The translations under genes were made by a program, and so were the position numbers. DNA of 64,000 nt, taken from contig OZ024741.1 in NCBI GenBank assembly GCA_964016885.1, forward strand, positions 178,374,001 through 178,438,000, given 5' to 3'. The stretch is from Eledone cirrhosa. Its lineage: Eukaryota. The stretch's first letter is position 1, and every line of letters starts with the position of its first letter. Below, one piece after another: positions 42,801 to 60,417 of this stretch. The notes below the pieces were generated by a model. It was given only the letters and a program-made list of their open reading frames with translations. It did no database searches and was not told the DNA's origin.

Positions 42801-44087
42801 GTTAGCTATTAAAGCACTTCATTCTTTATGTTATAAAATATTATTTCTGATATATCTATTTATAAATTTACTGTATTAAACATTCCAGAAAAAATTCAAT
42901 TTTCTTTCATATTTAAAGAGATTATTTTATTTGCTGTCATAAAACTCCACTATTTTATTCATACCAGAATACATATATGCGTGCATAAATTAAAATGTTA
43001 AGCTACACTGACGAAAATTGATTTCATTCTCTGATAAACTGTAATATTAATTAATCTGTGAATATTTATCAACGCTACCAGATTTTCTGACTTTCTTTCC
43101 ACTAAAGAAACAAAAAACAAATTATATGAACGACATGTTTTTAGATTAAACATGCCTCATATTTTATTGCCAAAGAAATCACTTTCTATAGGAAAGTGAA
43201 ATATTTTCGCAATCTTAAACTACAGTATTAAATATTGATATCTGTCCATTAAAAATGTTAATAAGTGTGCACCTTTTACTTTTTTACTATTTGCTTTCAA
43301 AGGTGACATGGGAGGAAATCATTGTGCGATAAAATATATTATGTTTATTAAGATCAAGTACCATTTATCTGATAGATTTAATAGTGTAGCAGTGTTAAAT
43401 CCTTAACATCTGACGTTGAATCCAAATTATTTACATCCATTTGAGCGATTGATTTTCCCATATTTTTGAATTTCAAAAGAGTTTATTGACAGACCAGTCC
43501 TTCATGGATAGGTACGCAATTGCTTTTCGAGAACTAGCATTATTTATTTTGACATTCATTGAAGGAATTCGGAAGTAGAAATGCTGGAAATCGGTATTTA
43601 CTTTGAACAAATTGTACAATGTTATCGTGACATATAACTGTAGTGAAACAAAATCTAAATGATGGAAATAAATACAGAAAGAGGTTTCTTCAAAAGTATG
43701 TATATTTATAGATACGTGAATATTAGGATGTTCATTTTGTCACCATTCTTGCTTTGCAGTTTGGACGTGTGCTTTATACTATAGCCTATTGTCATGAATA
43801 TTGTGTAGATTGAAAGAATTCGATTGTGAATACAAGCAGCCGAAATGGGGTTCCCCCGAAGAGTCTTTGGAGTAACGTTACTCAGAGAGTGGCTTCGAGT
43901 ACAGCTGCTACTTCTCCGAATTAAGAGATCGCAGCATCGATGCTAGGGACGTGTGGCAGGAATGCCTCACGTAAGAACAGTGGGCAGATTTTACAGGAAA
44001 AAAACAACCGCCAGGAGCCTCAGCGGTAGACATCAAGCAATATGGTAGGATAAAATGCATAAACTCGGAAGAAGAAGAAGAAGAAGA

Positions 44088-44197
44088 AGAAGAAGAAGAA
44101 GAAGAAGAAGAAGAAGAAGAAGAAGAAGAAGAAGAAGAAGAAGAAGAAGAAGAAGAAGAAGAAGAAGAAGAAGAAGAAGAAGAAGAAGAAGAAGAAG
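44088..44197. repeat. (GAA)n microsatellite, possibly the tail of a LINE remnant at 44200-45590 (-)
   Basis: Pure GAA tract; adjoining sequence is GC-richer but no RT motif could be read confidently. Confidence 0.6.
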
Positions 44198-45633
44198 ATA
44201 CAATACTGAAACGAAGCTGACGAATAGGGCTGACACATCTTCGGTCGTTTTCCCACTCACTCAATTTAATGAAATCAGTGACATTAAGTCATCAGCCCAT
44301 GGATATTACAGACACTCACGAATCAACCAGAGAATGCCTTGGCTATTTAACTCTTTTCAGATGCCGGGCCTAGTTTCACCCTTCACCGAGGCTTTGCTAT
44401 GTTTCATCAAATGTGGTCTCAACCTCCAAGAGGTTAGTAATTATTCGCAGATGCAGCTCACCTACATGAGAAGATGATGATGTGACCGTGTTTATGAGAG
44501 CAGAAATGTATTCTCTCCACCTAATGTTGATGTACCTCTCTGAAGAGAGGAGAATGCCAGACACGAGCCTGATAGCATGAATGGACGGGGACTTCTTATT
44601 GCACAGTCGGCGGATTATCTGCCAGACAATAATATTTACTGATCTGAAGTCGGTTTCCAGCTAAACTTTAAATCCTACCACTTCTTAACGTTGGATGCCA
44701 TCACTCTCACTACTACGACGCTTCTCGCCTACTTGTACAACAAGGGCAAGAAGGCGGACTAATTTCTGAGTACAGCTTTCTAAACCTCCATCTTGTCTCG
44801 GGTAGCTGGTTTGATTAAACCAAGGAATCTTCCTGCTAACAAGCGCCACACCAAGCTACTTTCGTCGGTATCATTTAACAGCTGAAGCAGAAAATATCGA
44901 GCTAAACAGTCGTCACAACGTTTCAATGTCCTCAATTTGGTCTGGCAGTTCTCTGAATTTGGATACAATATTATCAACGTAACTTGTCCTAATTTCGTAA
45001 TAGGCCAGTGTGTTTCCCTTTATCTTGTATCTAGAACAGAACTTCCAGTGTTGTGTGTTCTTTTGGCTGTGGGAAGTCTTAGGCTGCAAACATCTAACAC
45101 GAACACCCAGCCCAGGATCGAAAATAATCAGATAATTCATCTTTATCCACGATTTCTTTTATACCATGTGTATTTATGGATGTCCTTATGCTGGAAGAAG
45201 GCATCCATTATAAAAAGCCCATTACTAGAACAGAAGTACAATAAAACGGCCTTTCTATACTATTTAGATCGGAATCGCCGTTCCTCCAAAGCATTCCTTT
45301 TTATGTCAACGCCAACTTGTGCATTTAAGTCTCACATTAGGGTATATGACTCAGTCTTAACTACATCTAACGTTGCAGTGACTTCATCAATGAACGATCT
45401 CTATTTAAACTCTCTCTTTGGCGCATACCTTTCTTTCTACCGACGGTACAGGAAGCAAGACTTCCCGCCCAATGTGATCCACTCCATAACACATTCTGAC
45501 AGCTGGAGGACTTGTAATTATCCCACACAAGCCGGTGCAGTCATTTCTGGTGTCACATCTGAATAGTGGATTTTTCATACTCCATTCAAATCTACTGAAT
45601 CAAAGACACGGAACTGTGTGTGGTATGAATGTA

Positions 45634-48239
45634 TGGGGAGGGTCATATTTGTGTAATATTGCCAGAATTAATAACAGAACACACTCACTCTTTGGTTGGT
45701 TTTCGCTTTTCGCTTCTGTGTCTTTTATATCGGTAATCTAATTTATTCGGTCCTCAATGTTGCCATTGACTGACCAACGGTCAAAAATAATACAGATACA
45801 ATATAGACATAAACACATATATATAGTTTATCAAAGTTCTTTCGTTGCTCTTCTGCAACATCGTCAGTAGTGCTATTGTTTCCTCCCGTTACATTGTATG
45901 TCTACGCCATTTTTATTTAGTCTGTCTATATATTTATTTATTTATTTGTTTGTTTGTTTATTTTATTTTGTTTCTTTGCGCATGCATTTGCGTGTGTGTA
46001 TAGTGTTTTGTTTGATGTGTGTTCGTGATTGGGTGACTGTGTATCGGTTAATGTATTCTATCTTTACTAGTGTGTGTTTATATGTGTTTGTTGTTATTGT
46101 GCTTGTGTATGTATTTATTTATTTATTTATCTATTTATTTATTTATTTATACTTCTCTTAGGTCAGTGTTGTTTGTTTGGGTGTTGTTGTTATTCCATTC
46201 ATTCTTTCTGTTTAGTCTTGGCCTTCTAAGTTCTATTTCACTGGCCTCTCTGATTTGCCTATCTGCTGGGTCATTTCTCTGTTTAGATATTATTCTAATG
46301 TCTATGTTGTCTATGTTACCGTCGTGTTAATGCCTGGCATGTTCGTATAGTACTGACCCGTTTTTTCGTCCTTTTAGTTCCACCCAGTGTTGGTCTATCC
46401 TTTCACCTATGCTACGAGCTGTCTCGCCTATGTATGTTGTTGTCATGTTTCTGCAAGTACCCTCTGTACATCTTATGCTATAGACTACGTTTCTAGTTTT
46501 ACAGTTTATCCGCGGGTTTACCTTACATATGATGCATTTCCTATTAGTACAGTGGGTTTTCTTAAAAGGGTAGGTTTTGCTGATCAGGGAGTTTATGGTG
46601 GTTCCAGGCTTTCCTACCACCTTAATCTTTAAGTTGGTCTTTCTCAGGGCCTTTCTACACTGGTTAGCTAATTTCTCTCCAGGGGTAGCGTCCACAAACA
46701 TGACACTCTGGTATCTCTGGTTGTCGTACCATGAGGTGGCTTTCCCTATCTTATGTCTAGCCCTATCTAAGCTATTCCATGATTTGCTCCTGTATAATGG
46801 GCAAATTCCTTTCATGTCCAGTTCTATGAGGGTCTTATACTTCTCCATGGCTCCTTCGTATACTCTGACTCTGTCTCTTTGGTTGTAGCCACAGAACTGC
46901 ATGCGGTTGATGAAGTATTGGATGTGTCTTTCCATTTCTGTTGGGTCGCACATGCGGGACACATTCTTCATCACTCGTACCAAATCTGCGATCAGAATAT
47001 TAAACTTAGCACTACTGGATATTGGTGAGTTTTTGAGTATCAGGTATTTGGAGGCCATGGGTTTAGCATAGTGTGAGTGGAGAATTTGGGCTCTCTCGTC
47101 TATAGTGTTAATCCAGAGTTCCGTGTCTAATAAAGGTAGTCTATTGTTAGGGTGTTTGGAAGGGTAGTCGATAGTTACAGTTATACTCTGGTGTATGGAA
47201 TTAGCTATCTGCTGGATGCTTTCCATTGTGCTACGTTCTAAATCATACTTGTTAGTGCTCTCTAGTGGGGATGTTCTTATAACTATATTGATATCGTCTA
47301 CGTAACGAGAGTACATGATGAGGTCTATGGAGCTCTCATTAAGGAGATCTTTAAGTTTCCTTTCCCACCATACCATGAAAAGGTTGGCAACATCACCAGC
47401 TATGCTGACGTCAATGGCTGCTCCCTCATTTTGGGTGTAGATCTTCTCGTTGAACTTGAATATGTGGCCCTTTAGGGTAGTTTTGATACTAGCCCTATTG
47501 CATGTGCGACCATTTTTCTTACCTGATCATTGTTTTGGGGGTTCCATATAGCTTTGGTCCACCCAATCCACCTTCCCATGGGAGTCTTTTTTGCCATTGA
47601 GGTTATGGTGGGTGTCTACCTCTTATGGGTCTACTAGGGCAGAAACGTTTAATGTCATGGCTGTTTAGGTAGTCAGTGTCGTAGGTAAGTCTAAGTAGGA
47701 GGCCCAATTCGTCTGTGTCGACGTCGCAGAACTCCACCTCACTCTCAATGATCATCTCCACACATTTTTCGACAGCAAAATCAATGTTAATGGATAGGTA
47801 CAGTGCTACCACATCCATGCTGCCTATTATGCAGTTGGATAGGTTCCTGATTTTGTTGCACTCACTGATTCTGCTGAGGAGGTCCTCTGTACTGTCACAT
47901 ACATCTGGGGACATCTTGATTATGGGGCGTATAACCATTGAGAGCAAGTAGGAGATCCTGTAGTTGCTAGCTATATTAGCTCCGCATACGGGTCTTGTTG
48001 GTGGTCCTGTTGTCGGGTCGTCGACTGTCTTGTGGTCTTTGCGGAGACCATACAAGGGTGGTATGTCATTTTTAGACGCCTGGAAGTTGTTGGCAGTGCG
48101 TCTGTTTGGCTTTAGGATGTCAGTCCACATCATCATGTGAGCGTTGAGGATTTTCTCTCTCCCATCATGTGTTTGCTGTGCAATTTCGCTCGTGTTGGTG
48201 ATGTGGGGTTGCATAGCCTTGATGTAGTTCGGCATGCTA
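45634..48239 (-). mobile_element. Penelope-like element, left (inverted) arm
   Basis: PPLYGLRKDHK, GPPTRPVC, IIGSMDVVALY, YSRYVDD, LPLLD, CTNRKCIIC linker, GIY-YIG; frameshift near 47600 and TAA at 46327. Confidence 0.95.
46327..47376 (-). pseudogene. PLE RT C-terminus + GIY-YIG endonuclease (premature stop in nuclease tail)
   Basis: 349-aa ORF with YVDD and NVVYSIRC/YIGET motifs; ends HARH* where the right arm reads HARQQHDG...QIREA. Confidence 0.9.
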
Positions 48240-51660
<3,421 letters not shown>

Positions 51661-52011
51661 TATGCATACATTCATGTATACATCGCTATTTCATCCAATC
51701 CTAATTTTTAATTTTTGCTGGACCGGCAATCGCTCTGTATAATCAGTTCCTGATTATTACTGGAATTCTATAAGAATCGAGCCTCTATACTTTTCAGTAG
51801 AGGTCGGCGAGTACGTTGCTCTGAGGAACACCAACAGTGTGAAACAGATCTATCAGCTTCTCTCCCTTCCTTTGCTGAAAAAAGAAGTAAGTGACATAGT
51901 CACTACTTTAAAATAATAGCGCAAGGTCTTCAAAATGCTTTTAGTTAAATATACAGTATATTACCAAATATATTATGCATACATCGCTATTTCAGAACAC
52001 CAATCCTAATT
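51661..52011 (+). mobile_element. Retrozyme-like ~300-bp unit with terminal direct repeat
   Basis: CATCGCTATTTCA...CCAATCCTAATT at ~51681-51706 and ~51982-52011; homologous to 4889-5408 (opposite strand); TA tracts both sides. Confidence 0.75.
51818..51857 (+). ncRNA. Type I minimal hammerhead ribozyme motif
   Basis: GCT CTGAGGA ACAC-CAACA-GTGT GAAA CAGATCTA TC AGC; stems I/II intact, stem III one change from palindrome CAGATCTG. Confidence 0.78.
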
Positions 52012-53217
52012 TATATATATATATATATATATTTATTTATATGAGTGTTTGCGTATGAGTGAGTGTGTGTGTGTGTATGTATGTGTGTGTGTGTGTGTGT
52101 GTTTGCGTGCATCTGTTTATATATATATATATATATATTTGTGTGTGTGTTTATCTTTTATATGCTGGTTTGAACATTAGAGATCGAACAACTATAAAGC
52201 AAACTTCAAGATATAAATTGTTGGTGTCAATATATTTGCATAACTCCCTTTAAGGAAATGCTTCAATATGTCCGGAATTTAATGAGTGAAACGCTAAACA
52301 AAAATAAGGAAGAAAATAATAAACGATAAGTGTGTGTGTCCAATAAGTTTTGTAATTTCATAAATGAAATTTATGTGTTTGTAATGGACAGGACAACACG
52401 CTGAGATCGAACACGCCTTTTGGAATAAAACAGAATTTACTCAGTTGTTAACTTTATTTTAACTTTTAATTGAATTAATCCTCCATGATGTACGTTATTT
52501 ACATGAATGGTGTTAAGTTTTTCTTTTAATGGTTCAGGTAACGGATGAGATATAAAGGTTGTATGTTCCTCTCGTATCAATTCCTTCTATGACCGTTTAG
52601 TGGATAAATATATGTTAAACAGAATAATAAATTGGTTGTTACTGGCAAAATATAGAAAGACGATCAAAAGAAACTAATCCTGTAATGTATTGAGGTGTAT
52701 CTATCAATGGATAAGAAGCGTCCTTAATATGTGAGGATATCACAGTTCTCCGTCTACTGATCAGAAGCACGGTTCGGTACGCTCGCTACGCTCATAACCA
52801 TAAGGTTTCTTACGTAAACTGGTTAATGTACACTTTTTTAATGAAATGTCAGAATTCCTGATCAAAGCCTAAAGTTATTGTTGCTTAATCAAAGGAAACC
52901 CTCACTGAGAAGACTTATGATCAAAGGCATTCGAGCAATGACAACACGGTCTATTTAAGTGCATCTAAAAATATATCTAATGTACCAATTTAAGACAGTA
53001 AACCAAATTATGAGAAGTCTTAACTCGTATTTCTATCAGAAGTCTCATATTTGGCTTGTTTTTCACTAATCTGTTTGTAGTTTATTAAATGTATATATCA
53101 AAGATTTCGCTTCAGCCTATGCATTCATTAATTTCGCTAAATTAATAATCTACAAGAGTCTTTAAGCAGAGATTTGGATATAGAGCACGCCTGTCGGTAT
53201 GTACATATAAATATATA

Positions 53218-53656
53218 TAAAGAATTCGAAGTTTGAAAGCCGCAATAATGCAGATCGGACGGAAAATAATTAAATCGTAAGAAACGAGGGATTTTTTTTT
53301 TTTTACCTTATTGTATTCATGTGTCCTAATATTTCAAGATTAATATCTCTTCTTCCGAGGAAAATAAAGGAACAATTCCATTGTCCGATGTGGCTTGCTA
53401 TACCATTCTGGCAGGAAGTAGTTATATTATATTTTTCCCCAACCTCTTTTGTTAACCACTTCCGGCCAGCATGGTATAACAAGCCACATCAGACATTGGA
53501 ATAGTTCCTTTAATTTCCTCGGAAGGAGATATTAATCTCGATATATCAGGGCATTGAATAAATTAAGGTAAAAAAGATAGCTCGCCTCGTTTCTTACGAC
53601 GCAATTATTTTCCGTCCAATCCGCATTGTCGTGGCTTTCAAACTTCGAATTGTTTA
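53218..53656. mobile_element. Old fold-back/MITE-like element
   Basis: ~205-bp diverged inverted arms (53218-53424/53453-53656), ~28-bp spacer. Confidence 0.8.
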
Positions 53657-54706
53657 CACCATATACAATGCTTCAAATAAACTTCAGATTTCTTCTAAAT
53701 ATAGATATATATATTTGTATTAATCTCCCGAGTCTTACAATTAACCTGTTAATAATTCTATTGACAGATTAATTGCATAAGTTTATTTTAAAAACTACAT
53801 GGTTGAGTGCTTATTCGATTTGTGCTATTTATGCAATTTTTTGTATGATATACACATACTGAATTAATTTGCCAAAATCTGTGGTTTTTCCCCTTGTGAA
53901 TTACACATGTGCTTTTACGAAGCTCTGTCATTCACAAATTTGGTACAGAGCAAAATACCTGTTGATAACGTCATATTCCTTGTTCGTTCATTATACATAA
54001 CGCTTACAGTTTTAAGCAGACAGTATTTAGGTACCATAGAAACCCTGCATTTGGATTTTACGATCAATTCCAATGGGTCCAGGTCGGTTTTTTTATCATT
54101 TATTTTGTTTTGACCTGTTTAGCATGATTTGCTTTTTGGGTTAGGTGGTTGTTGCTTTCTTGACCACTTTTTTAGTTTTGTATGGCGTTTTAACATATTG
54201 TTTAGCTCTGTTTTTTTAATTATGGAGCGCTTGCCAGCATAATTCTGATTTTTGTGTTTCGTTTCGCTTTTTCTACCCGCCGAAATGCGATTCTCACTGA
54301 ATTTATATTTATATTTGATATATATGTGTGTAAAAATTAAACAGAAATAACTAAATAACAAAGAAAACGACAAAGAACAATGAAGAGATATATTAGTTTA
54401 ACGCTTGAAATAATAAGAAAAGAGTCTTAACTTTTCAGATACTAGTCCTTAATGAGAAATATAATGATAAAATGAGAAATAAAATATGAAATAGAAATAC
54501 AAAGTGAGAAGAGGAAGGGACAGAAAATAAAAATTAGAATAAAAGACAGACATGCGTATTCAGTCAGATATTTTGAAGAGATAATAGATGTATATGTATA
54601 TGTATATGTATATATATGTGTGTGTGTGTGTGTGCGAGTGTGTGAGTGCGTACGTGTGTGTGTGTTTGTGAGTGCGTGTGTGTATGTGCGTGTGTGTGAG
54701 TGTGTA

Positions 54707-54738
<32 letters not shown>

Positions 54739-54739
54739 A

Positions 54740-55550
54740 GAAGGTGGACGGAAACTTACGACGGGGTGAGCGGACATAAGGAGGGATTTCAGAAGCAGAA
54801 CTCCCATCAACCAAGTGTTTCGAGCCTTTATTCCTCTTAACACACTAAAGGAGACCTCTCTCATAGCTGCCAGGTGCACACAAATTTCTGTGCAGCTTCC
54901 TGCTGCAAAGTTTTCTATACATAGGTCGTTCTTCTGTGACACTTAGTGTAAGGTGGAGTAGAGAGAGGATTCATATGTAGTCTGGATGTTAAACCTCATA
55001 TTTTATGTGTGCGCCAATGTTTTCAAAGTTATAGATCTTGCCGGCTTGTTCGCGTGATGAAGTGAACATATGGATGTCACCCCCGTATCCGTAGAAGAAG
55101 GAGCAAGGTAGGCAGATGATGAGGTCTGTGCGCTCCATCTGGTCCATGTACGTGATGGTCAACAGGCCTGAAAAACTCGATCCCATTGGAAGTCCTGAGA
55201 TTTATTTGTATATGGAGTCCTCAAACTGGAAAACGGTGTTGCACATGACAATAGAGAGCAGTTAGTGGATGTCAGCAGTAGTGATACCAAAACAATTGAG
55301 ATCCGAAACGGCGATGATGTTGTCCGTAATTAAGTCGATGGTGGGGGAAGCGAGGACAGAAGTTTAGAGGGAAACATCCCTAGACTAACTGTGCATATAT
55401 TCTGTCCAAGTGTGGTGTGGTCAAGTTATTTTAGTCTTTTGACTACTTCTTGTGAACTGTCTACGAGTCCGGCGAAAGTGTGAACGAGTGGTTTGAGAAG
55501 TCTGGAAAGAAGCCAAGACATTTTATAGAAAGGATCATTTATGCCTGAAG
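54740..55550 (-). pseudogene. RT remnant of a second PLE family
   Basis: SLDVSL, CNTVFQFEDSIYK, GLPMGSSFSGLLTITYMDQME, eroded RYVDD-like FYGYGGDI. Confidence 0.65.
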
Positions 55551-57632
55551 AGAATATATAACATATAAGCGATTTACCTATCTTTAAATATTTGGGGAAT
55601 TTTATTAACGGCTGTGATAAGAAGGATGTTTGTATAGTATTATCTTCATATATTTGACACTTTTATAATCGGCTATTTGTTGTTGAGTAACTGAGCATTG
55701 ATTAGATTGAAAATTGAAATTCACTAAGGTGTTTTTCCGGCATTGGAGCATTTATATATTAAGAATTACCTTGAAATTTGAAGTTCTCCTGTGAAAGGGA
55801 ATGTTTATTGTGTACTATAAATTGTTCCATAATAACTTGTTACTATGGAGTCTTTAGCGGTGTTCACTCTTCTGCAAGTATTTGGACTAGGGTTTCAGTT
55901 TTAGCATACCTTCTTACATCTCTCCTTCCATTCTCGAAGTCGCTAAACAATAATACAATAGCACAACCGATAAAATATTTCACGTCCTTTAGAATAACAG
56001 ATACAATGTGTTAGCAATTATAATGCTGGTGTTTCGAGAATTTTGCAAAATCGATCAATGCTCAGTAATCTCATTAAAGGTTTTGGTTACACAAAATGCA
56101 AATCAAAAATAATCAAAGAAGGGAAGATGAGAAAAATTATCAACCGAGAGAGTATAAAGTTGTAAGTTTTGGAAACAATCCAGCATTATTAAAATGTGGT
56201 GATGAAAACAGGAATTGGGTGTCAGACAGGAAGATATATATTTTCTATTAAGTTCATTAATAACCGTTGGAATCACAATAAAAATCATTCTTCTTTTTCT
56301 CAAAATTTCATACACGTTGAGAATAAAAAGTAAATATTAAAATAATGAGTTTTTCTCGCTATCCAAAATCTCAGTTGATACTTTATAAAGCAATCTATCA
56401 AATTTATAAAACTGTTGGAAATAACTAACCAGCCGCTATAAAGACATTATTGCAACAACTAAGATTCGTTTCTGTCAGAGGCTTTATAAATTACCATCTT
56501 CTACAATTTTTGTTTAAATTTTATGGCAATGTTTTCGAAAATATATTAGTTTAGTTTATCATAAATAGCGTATATTTAGGAGTTAATAAAACATTGGATG
56601 CGCTGGTTGATTGTGGATGTAGGGTTGTACATGGATTAGGGGCGGTTCTTCACGTAGGCAATTGTTCCTGTTCATCAGATATAATGCAGGATCTCAAATG
56701 AATCAAAATGTTGCAAATCAAATCCTTTACCAGTAGTACTCTTCAAAATTATATGGGGTGGAAAACTAATGACTCTGTCAAAATGCATAAAAGTTGAAAT
56801 ATTTTGATCAGAAATATATAAGTGAAAATCGACTCTCATGTGAGATGCCAAAATATAACACATCCATATACGCTTTTACACGCATTATTTTCGGGAAATT
56901 CTTTAGTTTACATTTTAACGAAAAGGGCTGGTTCTTCAAACATTTTTCTCCATTAATAAGGTTTTTCCTGCTGTTGATATGGCCCAAGCCCGAGTCTATT
57001 CAGTAGACTAAGCATGAAAGGGATTCCATTTGTAACAGCACCGTTTATGCCTAGTGAATCCTTGTTTACATTATGCAAGGTTACTTTCATTGTTTAACAT
57101 AATAGGCTGCGATTTATGTTATATTCCTTACTAACTGTGCTTCCTTGCATTTAAACAGGGCTATTGAGAGAGAGATGGAGAGGGGGGTTATTTTAGTGTG
57201 GTTCCCTCTGCTGCAAGTATTCGGACCAAGTCTCCGGTTTGCAGATACATTATTTCCTCATACTTAGCCAGTCTCGGAGACCCTATAATTTGCGAAAGGA
57301 TCTTACTTTCCTTCTAAACTAAATATTGCAAACAAAATAGTGGACCGATAAAAGTATGTATACTCTTTAGAGTTAAAGATAAAACATTAGCTGGTAATTC
57401 TAATGTGGGGATTCTAGGTTGGAGAATGGAATGTCGTTTGGAGTTATACTACACCTTTACATGTGTTGATAATAACTAGCGGGACCCGTGCAATTTCCAC
57501 GAACGAAAGGATTAAGAGGAGATATTTAAGAGAGGTTCGTCTAGTTGTATATTACACCTTCTCTCCTGTTGTCTTACTCTAAAATGATATGCCTCTATTC
57601 TTCATTTATTTCCTCACGTTTCTACACACACA

Positions 57633-57677
<45 letters not shown>

Positions 57678-58094
57678 GGACACACACACACAATTCATTA
57701 CAACTGTGAGAGTGTATGTGTATACATTTATTTGTATGAGTATATAAATATAAACGCGCAAACACATATATACACTCACACAAAAGACACACTCATACAC
57801 TCACACAAACGCCTACATACACTTAGATAAGTGTAGCTAATCTTGAAACGATCACCGTTATAGCGTTTCACCAGCCCCTTTCTTCCGCAATCATTACATA
57901 GAAGTGTGTGTATGTAATAATTATTTTGTATAATATGTCTATTTTTGAATATGTATGACTATATGTGTGTGTGTGTGTGAGTGTGTGTTTGCACTTCTAT
58001 GTATCTGTTTATGTATTGATGTGTAGATGTGTATATAACTAGAGCGTAACGTATGAATGAATGTTCAAAACACACAACAAGAATTATAATAAGA

Positions 58095-58710
58095 TTGTTT
58101 CTAAATCTGGTACAAGGCCAGTAATTTGGAGGGAGGTAAAATCTGGTCAAATCAACCTCAGAACATGGTTAGTGCTTTATTTTATCGATTGCGAAAATAT
58201 GAATGGCAATGAACTCATATCACAAATGGTCGTAACGCTTTAAAGATTGTTGTCCAAAGCTCTAACGACATTACCATACTACATAATGGCTTCTTATGTA
58301 GGCACAAGGCCAGCAATGTCGAGGGAGGGGAAATTCGATTAAATCGACCCCAGTGCGTGGCTGGTGCTTTATTCTATCGGCCCCGTATGAATGAAAGGCA
58401 AAACTAACCTCAGCCGGATTTTAACTTAGAACGTAAAGGGACGAAACTCTATGCCACAAAGCATCCGACCCTCTACCGATACTGCCAATCCACTGCTCCT
58501 CATATGTATTAGTAAGAATGGTTTCTGATTTAGGCACAAGGCGAAAATTCTGAGGGATGGGAAATTCGAAAAATCCGTCTACAGTATGTTACTGGTATTT
58601 TATTTATCGACTGCGTAAGGGTGCAATTCAAAGCTAAACGCTGTGGGATTTGAACAAAGAACATACAGGTACGTAACTCGATGCCGGAAAGCATGTTTTC
58701 CGCCGCACAT
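58095..58710 (-). mobile_element. Cluster of three degenerate SINE copies
   Basis: Three tandem reverse-complement matches (GGCACAAGGC...TTTATCGA...GAAAGGCAA...AGAAC) to the 60215 unit. Confidence 0.75.
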
Positions 58711-58883
58711 GTATTATTAATAATATTGTATGTTACTCAAGCCCCTGAAACATTAAGTAAATATTTCGAAGCTGCAAGTGAATTGATTTGAGACCATGTA
58801 TCCAAACAAAAATAATTACTGCAAGGAAGAGTCATTTGAAAAACACACACTAACTGTTACCATTATATTACATATATATAATA

Positions 58884-60001
58884 CTAGCAGAAGTACCCAG
58901 CGTTGCCTGGGTAGGTAAAATAATATCTGCTTTGATGAAAAGGTGTTGAACTTAGCGACTGCTTCTCTATGGCCACACACAGACCATGCGGGGGAGGGTG
59001 GTGATGACCTCTATCACTGAGAAACACGGATGACTGACGAAGGGGCATGCTGGGGGAGGGAGGTAATGACCTCTAACATTAAGCCAAATTTCCTCACACT
59101 ACTTGATTGGAAACCGATGAATTCTCAAATACACAACTAAAAGCTCAGACGACGTCAGTGGCCATCGTTTTGCCTTTGACCATCTATAAGATGTGCAATG
59201 ATATGTTCTATCGTCGTATAAAAGTTGAACCAAATAAATTGATTTATGTGTGAGGTGGAGCCGAAGTTTCGAATTTGAAAGAAATCGGTTGAAAAATGTG
59301 GGAGCTAATGATAGGTTCTATCGTAGTATAAAGGTTGAACCAAATAAATTGATTTATGTGTGAGGTGGAGCCGAAGTTTCGAATTTGAACGAAATCGGTT
59401 GAAAAATGTGGGAGCTAGAGCCGAAAAGGCGGAAATTTGAGCGAAAAGGTGGTATTTTTGAATATTTCATTGGCTGCCACGCCGTTCCTGAACAAAACAT
59501 CTAAAATCTAAAGCAACTTTAAGACGTGAAATAATGAGATCTAGCGTAGTGTAAAATTTGACCAAAGTAGGTTGATTAATGTGGGAGTTAGAGCCGAAAA
59601 AGTGGAAATTTGAGTCTAAAAGTGGTATTTTTGAATATTTAAGCGGCTACCACGCCGTCCCTGAACAACAAATGCAAAATATAACGCCATTACAGGATGT
59701 GCTATGATAAATTATATTTTGATTTAAGATTTGAACAAAATCGGTGGCATAATGTGGGAGCTAGAGCCAAAAATCTTATTTTTCGATACCTAAAAAAAGG
59801 TGACCCTCCTATCGATGTTTATCTGCAGAATGACCCCGGAATAAAAAAAAAAACGATACGCTGACATATAGAAAACACTTCCTGATGACTAATCTATGAG
59901 CCTGTAAAGGTTCATGAGAATGGGTCGTAAGATGTAGGCCCCTATATGTAATACACAGACACACAGACACACACACAGACTTAATTTTATATATATACAG
60001 A
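58884..60001 (-). mobile_element. Non-autonomous Helitron-like element with internal tandem repeats
   Basis: Minus 5' end A|TCTGTATATATATAAAA + CTGTGT repeats; hairpin TACCCAG-CGTTGC-CTGGGTA 58894-58913 then CTAG|T; ~110-bp duplication 59205-59418. Confidence 0.8.
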
Positions 60002-60013
60002 TGTATATTTCTA

Positions 60014-60417
60014 GCAGTGGATTGGCAGTATCGGTAGAGGTCGGTCGCCATGCTTTCCAGCATAGTTACGTCCCTTTACGATCTGAGTTCAAATCCCGCC
60101 AAGGTTGACTTTGCCTTTCATCCTTACGGGGTCGATAAAATAAAGTACCAGTAATGCACTGGGTAATTGCTGGCCTTGTGCCTAAAGTAGAAACAATTAT
60201 TTCCCAATGTTAAAGGCGGTGGATTGGCAGTATCAGTAGAGGGTCGGACGCCATGCTTTCCAGCATAGTTACGTCCCTTTACGATCTGAGTTCAAATCCC
60301 GCCGAGGTTGACTTTGCCTTTCATCCTTACGGGGTCGATAAAATAAAGTACCAGTAATGCACTGGGTAATTGCTGGCCTTGTGCCTAAAGTAGAAACAAT
60401 TATTTCCCAATGTTAAA
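60014..60417 (+). mobile_element. Tandem pair of young tRNA-derived SINEs (~203-bp unit)
   Basis: A-box-like TGGCAGTATCGG, B box GAGTTCAAATCC, conserved core; two near-identical units each ending TTCCCAATGTTAAA. Confidence 0.9.

Noticed and set aside
44937-45566. 209-aa ORF
   Set aside because: No recognisable motifs; probably chance or antisense to a decayed LINE
60014-60110. tRNA gene
   Set aside because: A/B boxes belong to a multi-copy SINE head; no cloverleaf
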